Source: Negaprion brevirostris (lineage: Eukaryota). Taken from it: a stretch of DNA of 64,000 nucleotides. The translations under genes were made by a program, and so were the position numbers. The stretch covers positions 38,229,882 through 38,293,881 of the forward strand of contig JARDVH010000099.1 in NCBI GenBank assembly GCA_030324005.1, in the 5' to 3' direction. The notes under the pieces were generated by a model. The model was not told where the DNA came from, did no database searches, and saw only the letters and a program-made list of their open reading frames with translations. Position 1 is the stretch's first letter. Each line of letters starts with the position of its first letter. Shown here in pieces: positions 59,660 through 64,000 of the stretch.

Positions 59660-62500
59660 GAGGCAAAATTCAATAGCCCCCTGATAAAGGGCAGTGAATC
59701 ACAATGCATAATTAACCCATACCTATCCTTTTGCTGCAGATAACATGCAAACGTTATGCTACCTGCTCACTTAAATGAAAGTATTTTGCAGCCAGCATTA
59801 AATCTGCAGTTGAGTGACTGAACATCTCAGCAGGAGCCCAGGTTTGTACAAAGCTAGTGCCACTTGAAACTAGCCAGCATTATTTAAAGCCAGTCTTTAA
59901 CGGGGAGATATATTCTGGTTAGAGCAGGTGCTTGATGTGACTGGGAAAGAATGTCTAACCTACAAGATAAGTTTTTAAAAATTTATTAGTGTCACAAATA
60001 GGCTTACATGAACACTGCAATGAAACTAATGTAAAAATCCCATGGTCGCCTCACTCCGGCACCTGTTCAGGTGCACAGAGGGAGAATTTAGCATGGCCAA
60101 TGCACCTAGTCCACACATCTTTGGACTGTGGGAGGAAATCGGAAGAAATCTACGTAGACACGGGGGGAATATGCAAATTCCACAAGTCAGGAATTGAACA
60201 CAGATCCCTGGCACTGTGAGGCAGCAGTGCTAACCATTGTGCTAAATAAAACCATGCTACCTCACAGCGACTATGTCACAATGGACTGGAGGTCTTTGTG
60301 CAGGATGTAGAAAGGAGGAGAAGTTCTCTCTATCCACATAGAGCCAGGAGGCTATTCTGACAAAAGCAGTTAAAACATAGTTTTATAAAAAATATACATT
60401 TTTTTATGAGGATGAGAATATCACTGGCAAACATTTCTTGTCCTGACCTGGAGAAGCTGGCATGGTCAATTCCAAGAATCTACCCCAAAGCTGTTGGAAG
60501 CCACAAGCAGTTTTGTGACAATGACAAGTATGATTAAGGTCATTGAATCCATTTCTCAAATGCAATATATCCAACCAACTGAATCATTTCCTTCACACAT
60601 TGCTCAATGTAAGTAGGATACATCACTTATTGACCAAAATTCTCCATCAGCTGTGTATTATTCTGAATGTTAATAGCTCACATGTTTGGCATTGCTGCAA
60701 GCCTCAGACCCACAAAATCCCAGCCATTGTCACTCACTCTCACACTCACTGCGACCCACTCACACACTGTTCCTGCTTTAGAGGGCATCTTAGAGACACA
60801 ATCTGTGCGTGACGACATACTGAGCATGTATGATCTGAATCCAGGGCAAGGGGCAAAAGTGTTGCAGGCACTAACTAGAGGGAAAGGTTGAACTCTCGTT
60901 CTGCTACAAGAGAGTTAGGTGAGGTTTCTGATGGACAACTTACAGATGAACTTTGATAAGTATGTGCAATTAAATACTTGGTGAATTGGGGATTCCAGAA
61001 AACCTGCTGCCATCTTGAAGACATAAGAAGGAATCTAGCAGCAACATGGCATATAATCCTTGGAGCCCATCCTCTCCAGGAGTTGAAATGGTGGCCAATT
61101 CCATTTGAAAACTTGAGGATCCATTCACAATACAGTATCTGATGGCTGATATCTCAACATCCAATACACTACAAACTGAAGCTACTCAATATAGATATCT
61201 ACTGAAGTCATGAAAGCTCAGCTTGCTACCATGCAAACTCAGCTTGCTGTCTTCATAGTTGTGGTACCAGACTGCGAAGGGCTGTACAGATTGCCATGGT
61301 GATCCAACATCAGCTGTCCTCCAGCAGATTGCTAGAATTGTTGAGGTTCTGGCCTGTGTGAGTAGCAGTGGTTCCATGATGCACTATCCTACTCTCCTCT
61401 CTCAGGATGACAGCATTCACCCTACCACCCCAATCGCTCCTCTAGTGTCCCAGCTGATCTCTGTCAGCCCATGCACATGAGGTGGTACAGTCCAAAGCCA
61501 GACCAATTAGGGCCAAAGCTGCTTAAGGATATTCTGCAAGGCCATACGCAGTCTCCTCCACTGAAAGTCAGCAACTTTCCAGAGCCATGCTGCAGTCATT
61601 GGGGTAGAACTGCAATGGCCACAAGGACAAGCCAAGAAACTTATGAGTACTAAAGGAATGTACAAGAGTAATTAGTTACAAATTGCATGAAATACAGGAT
61701 GGTTTAATTTCTATAAAGTTGGTTGGGAAAATTTGTTTATTGGTGGCTTTTATTTTAGCATTGCAGCCAAGAATTTGCTGCTAAAGTCCATTACAAAGGA
61801 AAGTTGAAGTGTGGGACTGTTTGTAAATGGTCAGCAAGGGGTATGTTTGAATTGTAGTCAGATGAGTTGATGCCTCACAATCCAGCCAAAAAAGGGGGAA
61901 GTGCTATCTGCCTTTTCCATTCCTCCTCCTCAGCTACTAACTATACAGGTGGCTGCACAGGCTAATGTCTAATGGTGTTGTGGTTGTGCTGAATACTGTA
62001 TTACTCTTTTGGTATGGTCTAGGCAATGGAAGCATTGTTTGAATACCCCAATGACCTGTGGCATCACATTTCACGTGGCAGCATGTTTTTCTTCATGTAT
62101 TTATGCACCTGAGTAAGCTGTAGTAACAATAAGGTGATCAGTGGATAACTCTTGCCATCTGAAAGCCACTGTCTGGGTTGTCACGGAAGCTGAGATGGTA
62201 CTGCAGAATGAAGGCACCATTGTTTTGTATCATATATTGTGTATAATCGCAAACCAGGTAGACATTGAAAGTGCAATCCCTTCATACTGCAGTGTATCTA
62301 ATAATTGATATGTAAGATATTCATGGCCACAGTCATCTTCACAGTCACAGGAGGACTGGAGGTAAATTGAAGGGTTAGGGGCAAGAGCTGTATGGGGGAG
62401 CAGGAGTGCATGGTCAGTGGGGAATGAATGGGTGAATGGTTCATCTGTATAGTTACCCAGGAGTTCGGTCTATTTTTCTTTTGGCCTAACATTCCTGTAA
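59660..62500. mobile_element. Second, older PIF/Harbinger element (Myb-like ORF on plus, HARBI1-like ORF on minus)
   Basis: Plus strand: GLEVFVQDVERRRSSLYP (about 60280-60335). Minus strand: PPVTVKMTVAMNI, FNVYLVCDY, AFILQ, WLSDGKSYPL and VIGVFKQCFHCLD (61860-62460). Confidence 0.75.
59968..60243 (-). mobile_element. HE1/V-SINE-type SINE (alternative tail)
   Basis: Reverse of the tail (TTTATTAGTGTCACAAATAGGCTTAC) and head (GTGAGGCAGCAGTGCTAACCA). Confidence 0.9.
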
Positions 62501-63099
62501 GTATACAGGTAACTGTTGTGTATTCATATTGTTACTAGTTGGAACAAGGGCAAAGAAATGGATCATGTGATATCCTGATGATATCATTGGCCATTTGCAC
62601 AGGCAAACTGGCAGTCTATCCTAATAGCCTATAAAGGAAATACCTTTCCAATAAAGCTATTGTTTGTTTGTGCCTTTGAGGTCTGCAATGTTATGCTTTC
62701 AAAATACCACAAAGAAAACTGGTGAAAAGGTGGTTGATCCATACTGCACACATCCAAAAAAAATGACAGAAACCCAGTGGAACAAGAGAAAAATCATTGC
62801 GCCACACTGTAGATATCCTGACAGGCCAGGAAGTTAAAAAAGAAAAGCTGCATCAATGCTGGCAATGGAGGTATGCCGAATAATGGTGGCAGCCATTGAA
62901 GGAACTGAAAATTAACCAAAGATTTCAGAGGAAGTGTTGAAAAGAAGCTTATTATATGCTTGATCCAGAAAGATCTGGAACAGTACAAGGAACACTGTGA
63001 GTAGCAAGGACCCTACAACAATCGGCTTAGAGCTGTGGGTGTTGCAAAACTTAGAAGAACAGTACTGTGCCTTTAAGAAATGTATTTGAGTCATGTTCT

Positions 63100-64000
63100 T
63101 ATGCAGGATCTGTTGTAGCTGTTCTATGGACTCGGAGGCATTCTGTCTATAACCGGCACCCTGTATTTTGTTGCTGCAGCGGTATAATTGCTTAATCTGA
63201 AGTAATGGTGTTCTGCTGTTCTTTGTGTTACCCTAGAATTTTGCAGAGTAGGGCTTAGTTGGGATGATTGACAGGAATGATCATGTGATAGGGTAAAGCT
63301 AAGCTTACATAGAAAATTCCAGCTTGATTGGTTTTTGAATGCTGCATTTGAGTTGAGACAGAGTGGCAGCTCTCTCATCTCCTCTCTGAAGTCTGGAGAT
63401 TGGGAGCTCCCTGAGGCTAGGTTTACTTTTTTGAAGTTTTGCTGTATCCTTCTCTGAAAATTGCTGTCTGCATCTCTGTTCAGAAGTATTAAAAAGCTGA
63501 AAATCTAGCATCATGTAAGCATCTTTGATTTCTGTACTGAACTGACACATTGAACGTGCTTGTTCGAGAGAGGAACAACAAGTTCCAAGCAAGCACAAAA
63601 CCAAATGGAGTGAAAGGTATCCACATGATACAAAAAAGGAGTCAAAGAAGACTTGGGTAACAGATAGAAGATGAACTATTATTAAACGTATTGGCTATTG
63701 CTGGTGCAACAAACCGATTTGTGGGTCATTTTTTTACTGGACAGTTGGTGAAAATAGAGAGGAACACTGAAGCATCCGTTTCAATGGTACCAGAAACTAT
63801 TTACCAAGAAAAATTACGACATATTGTCTCTAAACCTATTAAGATAATATTAAAAACCTATACAGGAGAAGTGGGTTCTGTCTTGATGTAAAGGCGCAGT
63901 TAAATGGACAGACCACAGATTTGTCAAAGGAAACTATCTAACATTAATGTGGAGAACCTGACTGGAATAAAATCAAATTAAACTGGGCCAAGGTGAATCT
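63100..64000 (+). mobile_element. Ty3/Gypsy remnant: possible LTR followed by the protease region, running off the window
   Basis: VKIERNTEASVSMVPETIYQEKLRH..KPIKIILKTYTGE (degenerate DTGA aspartic protease), then IKLNWAKV. The LTR boundary is uncertain. Confidence 0.7.

Overview
This is eukaryotic DNA, almost certainly from a shark or other elasmobranch. The evidence is about eight HE1/V-SINE-type tRNA SINEs, a Deu-domain SINE and CR1 LINEs. It is an AT-rich intronic or intergenic window dominated by decayed, often nested transposable elements: CR1, a second CR1/L2-group LINE, L2, Rex1/Babar, RTE, Penelope-like elements, Gypsy, PIF/Harbinger elements with their MITEs, and a pogo element. No intact host protein-coding gene, rRNA, true tRNA or CRISPR array is supported, and N-runs hide several element interiors. 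The most notable non-TE signal is a heavily decayed, apparently intronless ankyrin plus coiled-coil reading frame at about 18.7-20.7 kb. It resembles UACA (RAI14/ANKRD24 family) and lies between unexplained ORF-like flanks. Other points of interest are minimal hammerhead ribozyme motifs in Penelope-derived repeats, a near-perfect tail-out CR1 palindrome, several SINE/LINE tail partnerships and a few exon- or CNE-like unique segments. I cannot claim a confirmed new biological system. All family assignments come from recognising motifs by eye, without database searches, and most element boundaries are approximate.
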